From Azolla caroliniana (taxonomy: Eukaryota > Plantae > Polypodiophyta), in assembly GCA_043228905.1 (NCBI GenBank), contig JBHGNT010000004.1, positions 23,374,001-23,438,000 on the forward strand: a stretch of DNA of 64,000 nucleotides. The letters run 5' to 3'. Under the pieces are notes generated by a model. The model made no database searches, was not told the DNA's origin, and was given only the letters and a program-made list of their open reading frames with translations. How positions within the stretch are numbered: position 1 is the first letter of the stretch; each line of letters begins with the position of its first letter. Position numbers and translations under genes: made by a program. Positions 25,264 to 38,019 of the stretch are shown here, in pieces.

Positions 25264-28200
25264 CTGGTTTCAAGAGACCTTGCAGTCCTGCATGCTTTCA
25301 GAACATAAATGAAATTAACTACATTTGCAGATGGGCCATCATCTTTCTTATGTTTGAAACACAATATCGTTTCATTACTGAGGCCATGGTAGGCACATCC
25401 ATCGATTGTATTGTAATAGAGTTCCAAGGGTTTTGGTTTGTATCGGCATGTAGTTTTAACAATTATCTTACTTTTATGACCATTACTTACTTGCTGTTAT
25501 GGCCCCTGTTTCATAATTGGTAGCAATGAACCACGGGAAGATTGGATATTTGATGGAAAAATAATTCATACTTGCTGTGCACACCAATGATGCGTATCAT
25601 AAGTTGATTCAAGATATCACTGACATGATATTAAGTTGGTGGCATCAAGGGTTGGATGCAGGATAATAATCTTAATCTCATCTTCTGTTCCATGCAAAAC
25701 TGTTTCTCTAGCACGCAATAACGGGCACCTTCAGTGGCAACTTAAACTGCCAACCCATTTCAAATTGGACAGTATGTTTCCTGTACAATGACTGAGGATT
25801 ATACCAAGCACAAATTCCTTATATTCCCAATTGCTAAAGCCATTTATATTATTATGTCGCAGTTCTGGGAAACATTAGTTGGAATTTATTTTGGTCATCC
25901 AGTTAGTGGAGTTTGGCTCTGCGAACCAGAGGCTTCCCATCTTGTCAGGTAGTATTTTATATACCTTGGTTATTGGGATGTATGGTGCAGATTGGAGTAT
26001 GAGAAATGGGTTCATTTTTATGGTCTCAATGGAGTACCACAAGAGGCACGTAGTCCGAAATGTGCACCTTGTCCTTCAAGGAGTTGTCTTTATGTCAGCT
26101 AGACTTACAACACCCGAAGATCTACCTTGCCATAATATCCTCACTATTGTAGGAACAGTTCTCTCAATCATCTAGTGTCATTGGATGATTGGGAGACAAA
26201 CATGCATTTCTGGGTACTTCAGTGACATGAGATAAAAACAATTGTGACCCAATAACTTGCAACTTTTGTGACCTGGAAATGTAGCTTGGAGTGTCCTCAT
26301 ATGGTTGTCCATCGCATGAGGTAAAGGTCTGAATTGTTCATCCTATTTGCATAATGTATATTTCTAGAGAATAGGGAATTTAATTTTCTGTTCTGGCACG
26401 GATAGTCCACATCTCCATATATATGTCTATTTGACAAAGTCTTTCTCCGTGACAAAGTTTTTTTTGCAGTTTGAAACTTATCCAATACGGAGTTTCACTA
26501 CTTTAGGACCATTATAGTTGTAGTTGTCTTTCACCAGGATTTTGAGTGATAGTTCTCGAGTTCAGATAAGCCTCATCACATTAGTTTGATTAGGTAAATA
26601 AAAACAACCACTTCTACGTTTAAATGGTTTACATATTCATTGAATTTTTTTAATGCCAATAAATGGGTTTAAAACATTGGAAGATCAAATTTTTCGGCAT
26701 TTTATACATGTTGGTCAGGTTCCTTTTATTGCCAATAAAAGAACAAAGCTACAACACAATGAACCAATGCATGAAGGAACATTGGGCATGCTCTAAGGAG
26801 GACCAACAAAGTCACAAGAACATACATGCCACCATGCAGGGGACATGTGCACACTGGAAGAGAAGGGACATCGTGTACATGTAAGTAGACATGTATATGG
26901 TCAAAAAACGGAAAAAAAAGGTCTATAATTGGAAACAAACCTCCAAGGTACTATCTGTCGCTCCATGACACACAAGTATGACCTTTGTTGAAGCCTTCCT
27001 TCCTGCCGATTGATCACTCGCTATTGGTGGACTCGGAGTCTGAAACCCAATCATCGTGCCTGCATCATTATTTGCTACATTACCTTCATCCATGCTAGTG
27101 CATGCCATGCTAATACGTTTCACAGTCATAATCCATTGTACATTAAAAGAAAGATGAAATCAAGATGTGGCCTAGTGCTTCTGGCCATTGCTCTGTTAAG
27201 CTAGCCAGATCAAGAGCTCAAGTCTTGTACCCATGTCTACTTGCCCCAAATGGCAATCCCAACCCCCTCTCCCCCAAAAAATTAGAATGGAAGAAGAGTT
27301 CATTCAATGCTAAAATACATAAAAACAAACTAACTAAATATTTAAAAGTTATTTATATGAAGCTAACAAATGAACTAAATATTTAAAATTTATTTATATG
27401 AAGCTAAAAGGAACAATAGTCAGTGTAACTTGATTATGAAAAAAAATACAAACGAAATTAGACACTTGAACGAAATAAAAAAACAACCAAAGCGGAAAAA
27501 AGGGTTCAAATATTTAAAATCTGGTTGTTTAAAATCAAAAGCAACAATATGCAACCCAAACAAGATATCTAAATGAGTGGAAAAAGCAAAACATAACAGT
27601 GATACGCAAATGAAAAGAAATAGAATAAAGAGAAAAGTTTCAAGAAATTTATGAAAGGCCTATCAAATTATATACTTGATTACTTTACGGTTTATCTAGA
27701 AAGTCAGAAATGAAGCTAAATTCTAACGTGTTTTAGAGTGAAAATACCTGATTTAATCTATCAAGGCAAACGTAAGGAGAACCATCACCACCACTCCTTG
27801 GGATGAAATCCAGCACACTAACACCACAATTGCTTTGGAGAAGCTTCCGGAAATACTCTGGACCTAGCCCTGTTGCTGTAGCAACCAAGGCCTGGTTCAC
27901 TGCATTGTGTGCCACTACAAGGATTGACCGTCCTTCATGCTGAAGAATCGCTTCCCAACATTTCCGAGCTCGTACCCAGAGCTCCCGTACTGGGTAGTGA
28001 CCATCAATGACAAAATTCGATGCGTCTTTCTGCCATGTCTTGTATTCATCACCATATCGTGCTTTCCCTTCATTTTTCAACAAACCCTATTTTCCAAATC
28101 ATGTGTAGCATAGTACAAAACTCAATTATAGGAAATGAAAACATTTTTCCCTCTTGCAACAGTTAAGACACTAAATTAAATATTTGGCATTGTAAAACTC

Positions 28201-29271
28201 ATCAAGGCGAAGAAGTTATTAATGTGGGGTCATTGTGTCGATGTTGGAAGATCAAAGGACATCAGCGGTCCCTTATTGAAGGGGGTCTATATCTTAAACA
28301 AATGTACAAGAGAACACTGGCCAAGGCTAGCAGGCCCATGAAACCTAGGTCTGTATTCAGATCAGACCACATAGGGGTCCATGGTGAGATTAGCCAAAGG
28401 CTGTCCAATAGCTACTCGGCATACTCTGACCTCAAAATAACCCAATAGTAAACAGTCACGTGTGTGATCATACCTGGAACCCATAAAGGTCAATTTCTCG
28501 AAGATCGTCAATTGAAATCATATCATCTGTGCGAGATCCCCAAATAATTTCAGCAGTGTGCTTTGCTCGTGCCAAAGGACTGGTCAGGAGGTAGTGTGGG
28601 TGTCCAATCAACAGTAAATGGATCAATAAGTAAATAATGAAGAGTAACTGTTGCGGATAATTTCTATTTAGCTTAATTACTAGAATTCTACACACAAAAA
28701 AGAGACAACACAATCTAAAAATACAATTTTCATTGAATAATCATCAAAAGGAAAAACAAAACCTGTGGAAGCAGACATCAAAGGAATCAGAGAGGAGCAT
28801 TTGTCGAGAAGTTTCAGCTTGAATTTCTCCTTTTGGGGTCAGGATAGCGAAATCCGAGCTACCTTGAATACGCCCTTCAGCATTCCATGTACTCTGGCCA
28901 TGCCGAACTAGAACAACACGCTTAGGGGACAGAAGAGAAGGAAATGGAGGCACCAAACCTTCGATAGATTCTCGCCTAGATTCTCTGCCAGATTCCTCCA
29001 TTGTCTGAGGATGGGCCTCACGAACAACGGCACGTGGGTATATGCTCTTGGAAACAGAGGAATGCCCTGCATGATGACTATCTTTCTGTGCTTCTGCGGG
29101 AGTTTGAGAGAGATGGGTCCTCCTACTAAGAGCAGAGAAGCAGAAACTCTCATTTCCCTTCTTCTTCGTTGTCTTCTTCGTATCGGGAAGAGAGAAAAGA
29201 GCCCATGATGAGCGTTGAGGATCAGCTATGGTGCATGAGCAGGTACATGTGCTCAGAGCCATAGCCTCCAT
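22139..29271 (-). CDS. Plastid-type double histidine-phosphatase (PGM-like) protein, 2-carboxy-D-arabinitol-1-phosphatase-like
   Basis: Exons 29271-28763, 28579-28474, 28086-27748, 27039-26941, 23505-23452, ~23352-23254, 23136-23035, 22543-22139. Ser-rich N-terminal extension; domain 1 VLVRHGQSTWNAEGRIQG, SPLARA, LREIDLY, VVAHNAVN; degenerate domain 2 ILVCHG, QEAADCLGADCVPRYVE; C-terminus NYTAHLGRW. Confidence 0.9.
24240..25500 (-). pseudogene. Decayed PLS-class PPR gene nested in the 3.4-kb intron of the CA1P-phosphatase-like gene
   Basis: PPR fragments in several frames (YNTIDGCAYHGLSNE, YVLKAC, MWTAYIAMYIQHGLGDGAL, DMYVK, VSWSALVSGNVQHGFSEKA, VSPSVITFVSTLKACG) broken by frameshifts, stops and an (AT)n run at ~25215-25260. 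Confidence 0.85.
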
Positions 29272-29317
29272 AGCTTTTAAGTCCAGGAGAAGTATATCAT
29301 ATGTTTTAACTTATATA

Positions 29318-29348
<31 letters not shown>

Positions 29349-30280
29349 GTATGTATGTGCATGTATTGGTTCATATATACATGTTTGTATACGTATGTAT
29401 CTCTATCTAACTCATACACACACACATAGAAAAAACTTAAACATCATCCAAAATATCAGAAGCAAAACGTTCATGTGCGCTTTACCAACATTTCAAAAAG
29501 GTTAATTCGGACTACAATGACTCTCATTAGATAGCGACAATCCATAGCGTGTTTAATCATGGCCCTAATTTAGAACATTGGCGTGCCTCAATCGTAAGAA
29601 TTAGAACCATAGTCGCTAATAAGTGGAGTTTACTTAGGAATCGAATTGATCAAGATTATTAAGCAGGTTAAGATCTTTTCATATCCATGTCATAAATACC
29701 AATACAAACCAGCTCATGCTCTTTGTGTGCTTTAATCTTGGAAGTTTTTAATGGTATTAGGATGACAAACCCCTTCATTGACCTATTCAATTCACATGTA
29801 TAGATCAAGAAAATAGCATTAGATGTTCAATCTAAATCTCTATTTTACATTGCAGATTGGGTGGCCTCTAAAGGGAAAAGAGAAACGTATCTGTTTGTTA
29901 TATGTAGACATAAGAAGAATAATGGTCAGTTAGGGTGCGTGAGAAGAAGTAAACGAATTATTTCCAGCAATAGAATCACATAGAAACATAGAGAACTTAG
30001 ATTGATATAACAATGAGTGGTTCATGCCTACTCAAAAGAACAAGATATGGATAGTTTCTTCATAGATAGAAACTTGATATAAAAAACACATACTTTAAAA
30101 TGCAACTCATCCTTTTTGGATGCAAGAAATTAACGTAAGCACACATGTGTTATATGTGTGTGTATATATATATATAATTTGATAAAGTTATAGAGTCAAT
30201 TGATCGACTAGATCAAGAGAGGCAGATTTTTTTGTTTTTGTTTTTGAGAAACCACATTGGAGAGCATCAAGGATTTCATT

Positions 30281-33200
30281 TCATGCCCTCAAGTATGAAC
30301 CATACTCATTAAACCTTTGCAATGGCTTCTTCAAGATCTCTTCCTCCACGTTAAAATCAAGGTTCTCATCTCCAAGTTTGGCGTGATCATCTCTCTTGAT
30401 CCTCCCAATGAGCTTGTTGCCACCGATCTTCTCCTTGATCGGGCTAGGGCTGTGTGGTTGTTGCTGCTTTTGCTTTCTCACCGACGGTGAAGGAATGGTA
30501 GTATGGGTATTTTCATCGAGGGTCGAAAAGCATTTGTTGAAATCAGGGACTCTCAGGGCACCGGCCGCAGGTACACGATGTTGTTTGCTGCTAGTATTGT
30601 TGTTATGGTCCACCATGTTCTCATCATTTTGTGCCTTCATCGGCGACAATGCCGCCACTCGCTTCTCCTTCATAGGTTTTCCGAGCTTTTGCATGTCAGT
30701 CACATGCTCCTTGAACTCTTTCTGCACCACCTCCAAGACCACATCTCCATACCTCTCACACCATGTCCTGTTTCATACACAAATGAAGACAATTTTTTAT
30801 TTTTTATTCCAAAAAAAAAGACAATTTTAATTAATTACTGGTTCAGATGAAAAGAAACCAACTAGCATAATGGATCACAAGAAAAAGAGAAAAAAAAAAA
30901 CTAGGAAAGCAAACTCATCTCAGTTGTCTGATTATACTCTGTGTGTAAATACTTTAACTGTCTCACTTCATTACTTACTGAGGAAAGAACTTTTTTAACT
31001 CGGATGTATCCATAGGGAGCCTCGCAGCTATGGCATCGATCTGCTCATTCCTGAAATTTGTTTGCATACAAACCAAAAATATCAGTAATGAAAACTTAAT
31101 CAAGATAGCAAAGCCAAGGAATTGCAAGGACTCACAAAGAACAAAATATTCATCCAAATTTTGTCATATGAAACATTAAAAGTAAACCAAATATTGAGCA
31201 TAGAAGTTCATATATCAGTATTTTGCTAGGTTTTCTTGCTAACATTAACAGTAAATTACTGTTGTTGGGTCATTCATTCAAAATTATTGATCGGATGAGA
31301 TATTAGCTGAAACATCTCAATAACGGTAAATACAAGACATTGGGCTCTCTTTCTTCTACGACAGTTAACTCAAGATAAGACTCAAAATTGACAAAAACAC
31401 ATCGTAAACAAACAAACATTGTTCAAACTCACGTGAACATTTGACCCGGTTGTGTCTTGTTCATTTCGGCTCGAATGCGAGAAAGCTCATTCTTTATGTT
31501 CTCGCCTAAGACCTAAAAAACTCCATAATCAAGGTTGAGAACAAAGGACATCCAAAGAATGCTCAAAGAATGCATGGATCAAAGAGAGGGTTACTTAAAA
31601 GACAATTACCTTGTCAATGATGAAATCTGAGGCAGCAGGTGCACTGCTAGAATGGGTCTTCTTTTTTATTCCTCTAGTATTGGGTCCTTTCCCAATGCTT
31701 CCATTCACAGGAATCACTGGCACAGGGGACTCATCCATATTATCTAAGCATGGTTTCTCAATCTCATTTTCAGCTACATTTTCTTGTAAAGGAGGATCAA
31801 ATTGCAACTTCTTTGGAAGACGAAACATATCTAATCCCCACTTGCCCTTACCTAAGGGTTTCTGTACATTCTCTTCCAAATCACTTCCGATAGAGGCATG
31901 TGGATTTGAACTCTTGGTAACATCTAAGACCACAGTCCTCTTCTGAATAAGCCCAGTTATACCCCATCTGGAGCTCCCAGATTTGACATCAGTGAGAGAG
32001 AGTTGTTTCTCCCCGTCTTCTTCTCTTTCTTCTTCTTCAGGTTCACACCCTGTGATCTTTCCAGATTCGGAATGCATAGTTTTTTTCTGGATAAAGCCAT
32101 TTACAAATGACTTAAACCGACTCGGAGTGTTGCTTGAAGACTTGTTCGCCGACCCCTTGTCGATCGGTGAGGTACATCCTGTAAAGGAATCGGTACCATC
32201 CCTGATTGTCGACGAATGTCTGGGAGAAACGATCAAGATCTCACTGTTAGAAGATACATCCACATTATCTGCACCGTCTCGTTCCAGTTCTTTGTTGCCA
32301 GCCACAATTCCTTCCGTGTTATCTAACCCTTTAGATATCATTAGATCCGGCTGTTTTGGATGGTAGATGAGTTGATAGGGAGAAGGAGGATCTCGTTCTG
32401 GGCAATGCTCAGGTCTTAGAGAATCAAAAGGATGTGGAACCCGAGGTGAACATGATGGTGCATGATCCTCTGCCATCTTTAGAGGGCTAAGAGCCAATTT
32501 AGCTTTACTCGGAGACTTGCTAATTCTAGACATAGCCCCCATCACTTGCTTCAGAGGAGAGGAAGTGTTAGTTTTCACAGTACTGCAGCCATTCACCTCC
32601 TTTTCTGATACCACTGCAGTGCAGGAATCGGACAACTCGGGTTTTGATCTTGATTTCTTTCTCGCCATGCTTTTTGTGCTTGTGACAGGTTTTCCACTGT
32701 CGGTATTGGCAGTGGAAGGATCAATGCGGGTGTCAAAGATGAAATCCTCGATGTCTATGGTGGCTCCTTGGTCTGCAAGGCGCAGGATCAGGGGCTTCTT
32801 GGCATCGTGGTACTCCTTCTCGGTTATGCAAGCCGCGAAAAGAAGGTCCTGCAGAACAACAACAACAAAATATATGAATCCAAATGATGCCTCAGCCGAA
32901 TGGATTAGCGCTAGATTCTAGGGTTAAGATAGAGTTATCTAGGGGGCCCTAGTCTCTCATCAGGGTCAGAGAGTTGGGGTTTCATAATTAGGGATAGAGT
33001 TTCACGGGAAGGTTAGGTCAAAGGTTAGAGCTTCTTCGATGAAAGTTCCCTTGATTAGGGTTTCTTGGCTATGGCGGCATGTCTGTATGTATATTAGCGA
33101 TTTTAAGAGTTAGGGATCAAGCACAAAAGAGAAAATTAAGAAGAAGCTACTGCTTACTTGCAAGAAGAGTAGCTTATCTCGAGTAAATTCGGGCCACTCG

Positions 33201-33553
33201 CCATCAGGGTGGGTAGATTGAAGGAATGCAAGGATCTGAGCCTTGCATTCTTCCACTTGGATCTGAGTGGCGAGACCTTCACGAGCGAGGCAGATGAGAT
33301 GAAGAAGGCGGTGGAAGACCTCTTGTTGCCATTTCAAGCTTTCTGCATGTTGCAAAGATCGGGAGGTAGCGAGGGAGGAGGAGGAGGAGGAGGAATCCAT
33401 GGCGTTCATGGAAGGAACAGTACTATACTTGAAGGTAAAGCTGTTGTCTGGATTAAGCAGAGAGGGCTGGCCGATGTAGGAAGCACATTTGTGGAAGAGA
33501 GGAGTGATGCTGTTGCGATACAGAGCAGAGGCACTGTCCTGGAAGGTCTCCAT
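30281..33553 (-). CDS. Uncharacterised plant protein: conserved-looking helical N- and C-terminal blocks around a long Ser/Pro/Lys-rich disordered region
   Basis: Exons 33553-33158, 32848-31610, 31512-31433, 31050-30979 and 30767-30281 join in frame with GT-AG junctions (KLLFLQ|DLLFAAC, FIIDK|VLGENIK, KKFFPQ|TWCERYGDVV). Function not recognised. Confidence 0.8.
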
Positions 33554-36500
33554 GGCAGGCGATGAAGAATCCTTAAAACAGAGATCTAAGCAAGCAGGGG
33601 ATCGATCACACAGACAAAAACGCAGGGAGGAGGATCACAGAGACAGAAACAGAGGGGAGGGAAGGCAGAGAGAATGAAGGAATCAATGACACAGAGGAGG
33701 AATAGGAAGGAAGAGAGAGTCTAGAGAATCAATGGCAGGGAATTGCAGAGAATTAGTAGTAAGTATTACATACAGAGAGAATTGCAGAGACAATCAGAGA
33801 TTTCTGAGAGATGGTGGTGATGGTGATGGTGATGGTGATGGTGAGCAGGGCATGGCTATGAAATAATCATTATAATTTTTATTAATTAATTAATTAATTA
33901 ATTATATTTATTTATTATGTACTGGTAATGCAGGAGGGGTTTTTCTTTCTTTTCTTTTCTTTTTCTATTTCTATTTCTTTCTTTTCTTCTTTATTTGAAA
34001 TGAATTAAGTATTTGAAATACATATGCTGGTTTGTTTCCTAACGGTCATATTTTTCGTGTTGGGGGCGGTTCCTGCGGGTCCTTCCTCTTCCCTTATAGT
34101 TTTGTGTATTACCCAAATTAATTATGTGTATTAGATAGAGCTAACTAATTATTTACATATGTACATACTATGTAGCTTCAAACCACCAATCTCTCTAACT
34201 AATGTTGTACATACATACATATCTCTCTAACTAACTAACTAACTAACTGCATAGTTGGGCATTAGTTTTGCTCTCTATCTTCAAAGCATGTATGCCTTGA
34301 CCTAGGTCAATATTAGTGTGTCTCCCTCCTTAATCAAATTCTGTGGGGCAGAGGCCTCCTAATTGAGGACCATTTCTAACCTATGGTGTTGTTTAGTATC
34401 CTATATTTAGTAAGTAGACTACTACTATCAATGTACTATTTACAAACTTGGCCTTGGAATACGTAATTATAAGCTACCATTGATGGCAGGACACTATGGT
34501 GCACTTTGTGGGGAACAATGTATTTTATATGTGCGAGAACTTGAACAATATTTGGTGACTTTGGGTTTTGGCAGAAACATTGACGAGTCGAATTGTTGAA
34601 GCTTCTCATTCAGTTTGCTTGGGGTAGCTAGCACTAGTCGGCGAATTGGTGGCGATGTTTTCTATCATTTCAATAATCTAACACATGACCTTTTCGTTTT
34701 CTTTCTTTCACTCTTTTCATCCCTTGTTCCATCAACACTAAATCAAGTGAACACAAGGATTGACAAAGTGACAATCAATGTGTCGATCAGTAGTCAAAAG
34801 CTTTGATGGACGAAAGGGGCAATGGACATAAGATCAATGATGATGGACACACAATGCATCATTGATTCAGTTGGGGGCTTGGCATGGACCACCTCTTGAG
34901 ATCGAGGTGACCCAGTGGTAGATGGCACAGTGCAAGTAAAAAAGTGCTAGGTGGTTGAGTCAATGCAAGTGATTGGTATGTGTTAAGTGATTGGGTCAAG
35001 AGTTGCCTTCAAGTTGGATGTGACCATGTATGATCGAACAATTAGAAGGGGTTGGCTTTAGTGAGGTTGGGCATTCGTGAATCGTAATTATGAATCTAGT
35101 CAATGGCATCCGATTAGGTGGTGATAGGACAATCAAGTAGTTGAAGTTTAGATCACATTCATATTGCAATTGGCACAATGGCAATGATGTCTTCATTGAA
35201 TGGCGACGATGGTTTCAATGATGTTGTGACTACAATGGAATAAGGGCCAAAGGACTACTCCATGATGGAGGCACCTAGTTGCTCATGACAACTGGTTCTA
35301 TTGCAATGAAGTCAAACCAGACATTTGAAGAAGGAACTTGTTAAGAGGGTCATGTTGGATCCTCACATTGGGTGACAATGTATAGGCAAACATCTCCTTG
35401 ACTTGGATGAGTCCGTCCATTGAGTGTTGGCGGAACCAGATGTGAAGCGGGTTGAAGATTGGTGATTTGCACATAATAGACAAGAATGAGTACCTAAAGG
35501 AAACAAAGGAAAAGCAAATAAATAGTCCCATAGAAATGTTATAAAGTTTTGAAGGTTAGATAGCAAGGCTAAGTGTAGTGGGTTCCAATATGGTCCATCC
35601 TTGATTATATCATGTTAGGCCCCACCAAGTGCGAACTCGTGTATTCTTGAATATTCTGAGCACAATAATTTAAGCCAGAAAGAGGAGGCCCTAGCATGGT
35701 AACAAATCTACAAAACATGGATATGTACATTTTAGTTGAGTTACTCACTCGATGGTGAAGCCTTGTTGGGGTACAAGGATGAAGTGTCTCCTTCGGTCAT
35801 TACATGTGATGTCATTACGGTAGTTGTTTGCTTGCCAATTTGTTGTATACACATAACGTAGGTGAGGGCATGTCACTAATATTTACATAAGTGAAGGGTA
35901 TGTTCACTAGTGTTAAAAAGGGACTAATGTGATTGGCTAGAAGGAATGATAGGTGCATGCACTACCATGATTTGGACAACCAATGAATGGAGAGTCTTTT
36001 AGAAAGGCACATCTATTCAAGGGGCCGAGGGAGAGGTATAAATATGAGGCTTAGCTACCCTCATAAGGACATTACGTTGGAAAGCTTCTATCTTAGACAT
36101 CAGTGGTGCAAGCTAGGTTTTCGTCACAACGATCATGTTATCTCTTCTAAAGTATTAGTCATCCTAATATCCAATGGTATGGGACGTTGGTGGTAGGTTG
36201 GCTATGTCTAGATCATAGCTCGGGGTTGGTCGGGTGGAACGGGTTCGTCAATCCAATCTATTTGTAATAGACTCTTAACACAATTCATTGAGGAATGAGG
36301 TTGTGGTACAACCATAGCCAAAAGCCATCAATTGGTTGTGCTTCGACTTACCAACATGCTTGATAATCTAGTATGCATTGGACCTCCATTCTAGTCATAC
36401 CTTAGCAGTAATGAAGCCAAACCAAGTGCCAAATTTGAAGATAGATGTCCATTTAATAAAAAAATGGTCATTGCAGTGTTGTTTATTGGTTGACAAATGG

Positions 36501-37586
36501 CTTGTACAATTTCTAAAGTTGATTCATGCGTAACATACAGGAATCCAAACCTCCCAAAGTGATGCTATGAAATATTTTGTTATTGACAAAAGATTAATGG
36601 GCTCACTTAGGAAGTAAGTGGAAGAATGCTAAAAGGACTAAATTAGAATCTTACATTGCAAACATCAATCCCAAAATTTGGGTTCTATATAAGGCAAGAA
36701 GACCTATTGATCGTATTCAACCTTACCTCATCACGATCATGAGTATTAACACTCGTAGAGCCCTAACACTCCTTCTCACTAGATCACACAACCTAGGTAT
36801 TGAAGTTGCATTATGGAATCAAAATCTGCCAAATATATAGGCATGTAAGGTATGCAATGAAGGGATAGTAGAGTATGAGTATCACTTGCTTTTTACATGC
36901 ATTGCATATACAGTGCAATTCGTGAAAGCTATGATGATATATTAAGTGGGGGTGATGACTTGAGTGTCACACTAAATAGAACACCTAGAAGGTTGAGCTC
37001 ATATATGTATGCCTTATTCACACATCGAGACTTGGTGCTTCAAAGCACAAATATCCCTTCTTAGGAACAAGACACACATTAAGATAACTTTTGTACTTAG
37101 GTCTCATGATCAATATCAACCTCTCTATGGATGCAAAAAATTATCTATCTATCATGTACTTTGTTCAAGCTTTAGTGGTTTTGTAGGGTTTTTGTGGTAT
37201 GTAGGATAGCCAAAGTTAAAACTAGTTACTCTTCTCTTTTCCAATGAATGCGGAGGTGGCCTATCCTTTAATAGGATATATGCCTCTTAAAGTTCCATGA
37301 TGAAGTGTTTTCATGGTTTGTAATGGACAACACCGCTTACGAGGATATTGCTTTGTCGACTACATGGCCGTGCTCTAGTTGATTATACTCATACAAGGTG
37401 GCAAAAGCGAGTCAATTATGAATTAGGGTAAGGGCAAACGATACTCCCACATGATTGTGCTTGACACATAGGTTATAGCTAGTAAGGTCTCGAATGCAAC
37501 TTAACTAAGGAAAACTAGATGCTCATATAATTGGTATGTAGTTACCTAATTGCAACACTAAATAAATAAAATGCACACAGGAGAGA

Positions 37587-37752
37587 GTCAACATAGTGAT
37601 TAGCAACAGAAACCTTAATAATCATATACTATTTCTAAAAGTAGTCAACATAGTGATTAGCAACAAAAACCTTAATCATATACCATTTCTAAAAGTAGTG
37701 GAACATAGTGATTAGCAGTAAAAGCCTTAAATCATATTCTATTTCTAAAAGT
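37587..37752. repeat. Tandem triplication of a ~55-57-bp unit upstream of the PPR gene
   Basis: AACATAGTGATTAGCA..A.A.CCTTAA..ATCATA..ATTTCTAAAAGT occurs three times. Confidence 0.85.
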
Positions 37753-38019
37753 TGGGCTCAATATGATGTGAGAATGCCTATTAATCGTATTCAACCATAC
37801 CGTATAACCAATATAGATTTTGCAGAAGAGAGGTTTTTATGCCTACCTATGACGATACTAAAGCAAGATGAAATGAAGGAAGAAGAAGAAGAAGAAGAAG
37901 AAGGAGAAGAAGAAGGACTCACCAGGAACCGCTCATTGTTATGTTATGCATTGTAATTCAATGGGGTTGCAAAAGAAGGCGTGGCATGAACAGAGGAAAC
38001 ACGTGAGGTACTGTGTTGC

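Noticed and set aside
31611-33677. Plus-strand ORFs of 62-134 aa
   Set aside because: They are antisense shadows of the minus-strand gene with no recognisable motifs.
34400-37400. Intergenic block that may be a decayed retroelement
   Set aside because: I could not identify LTRs, a TSD or a convincing RT/integrase motif; a TBLASTX or RepeatMasker search would be needed.
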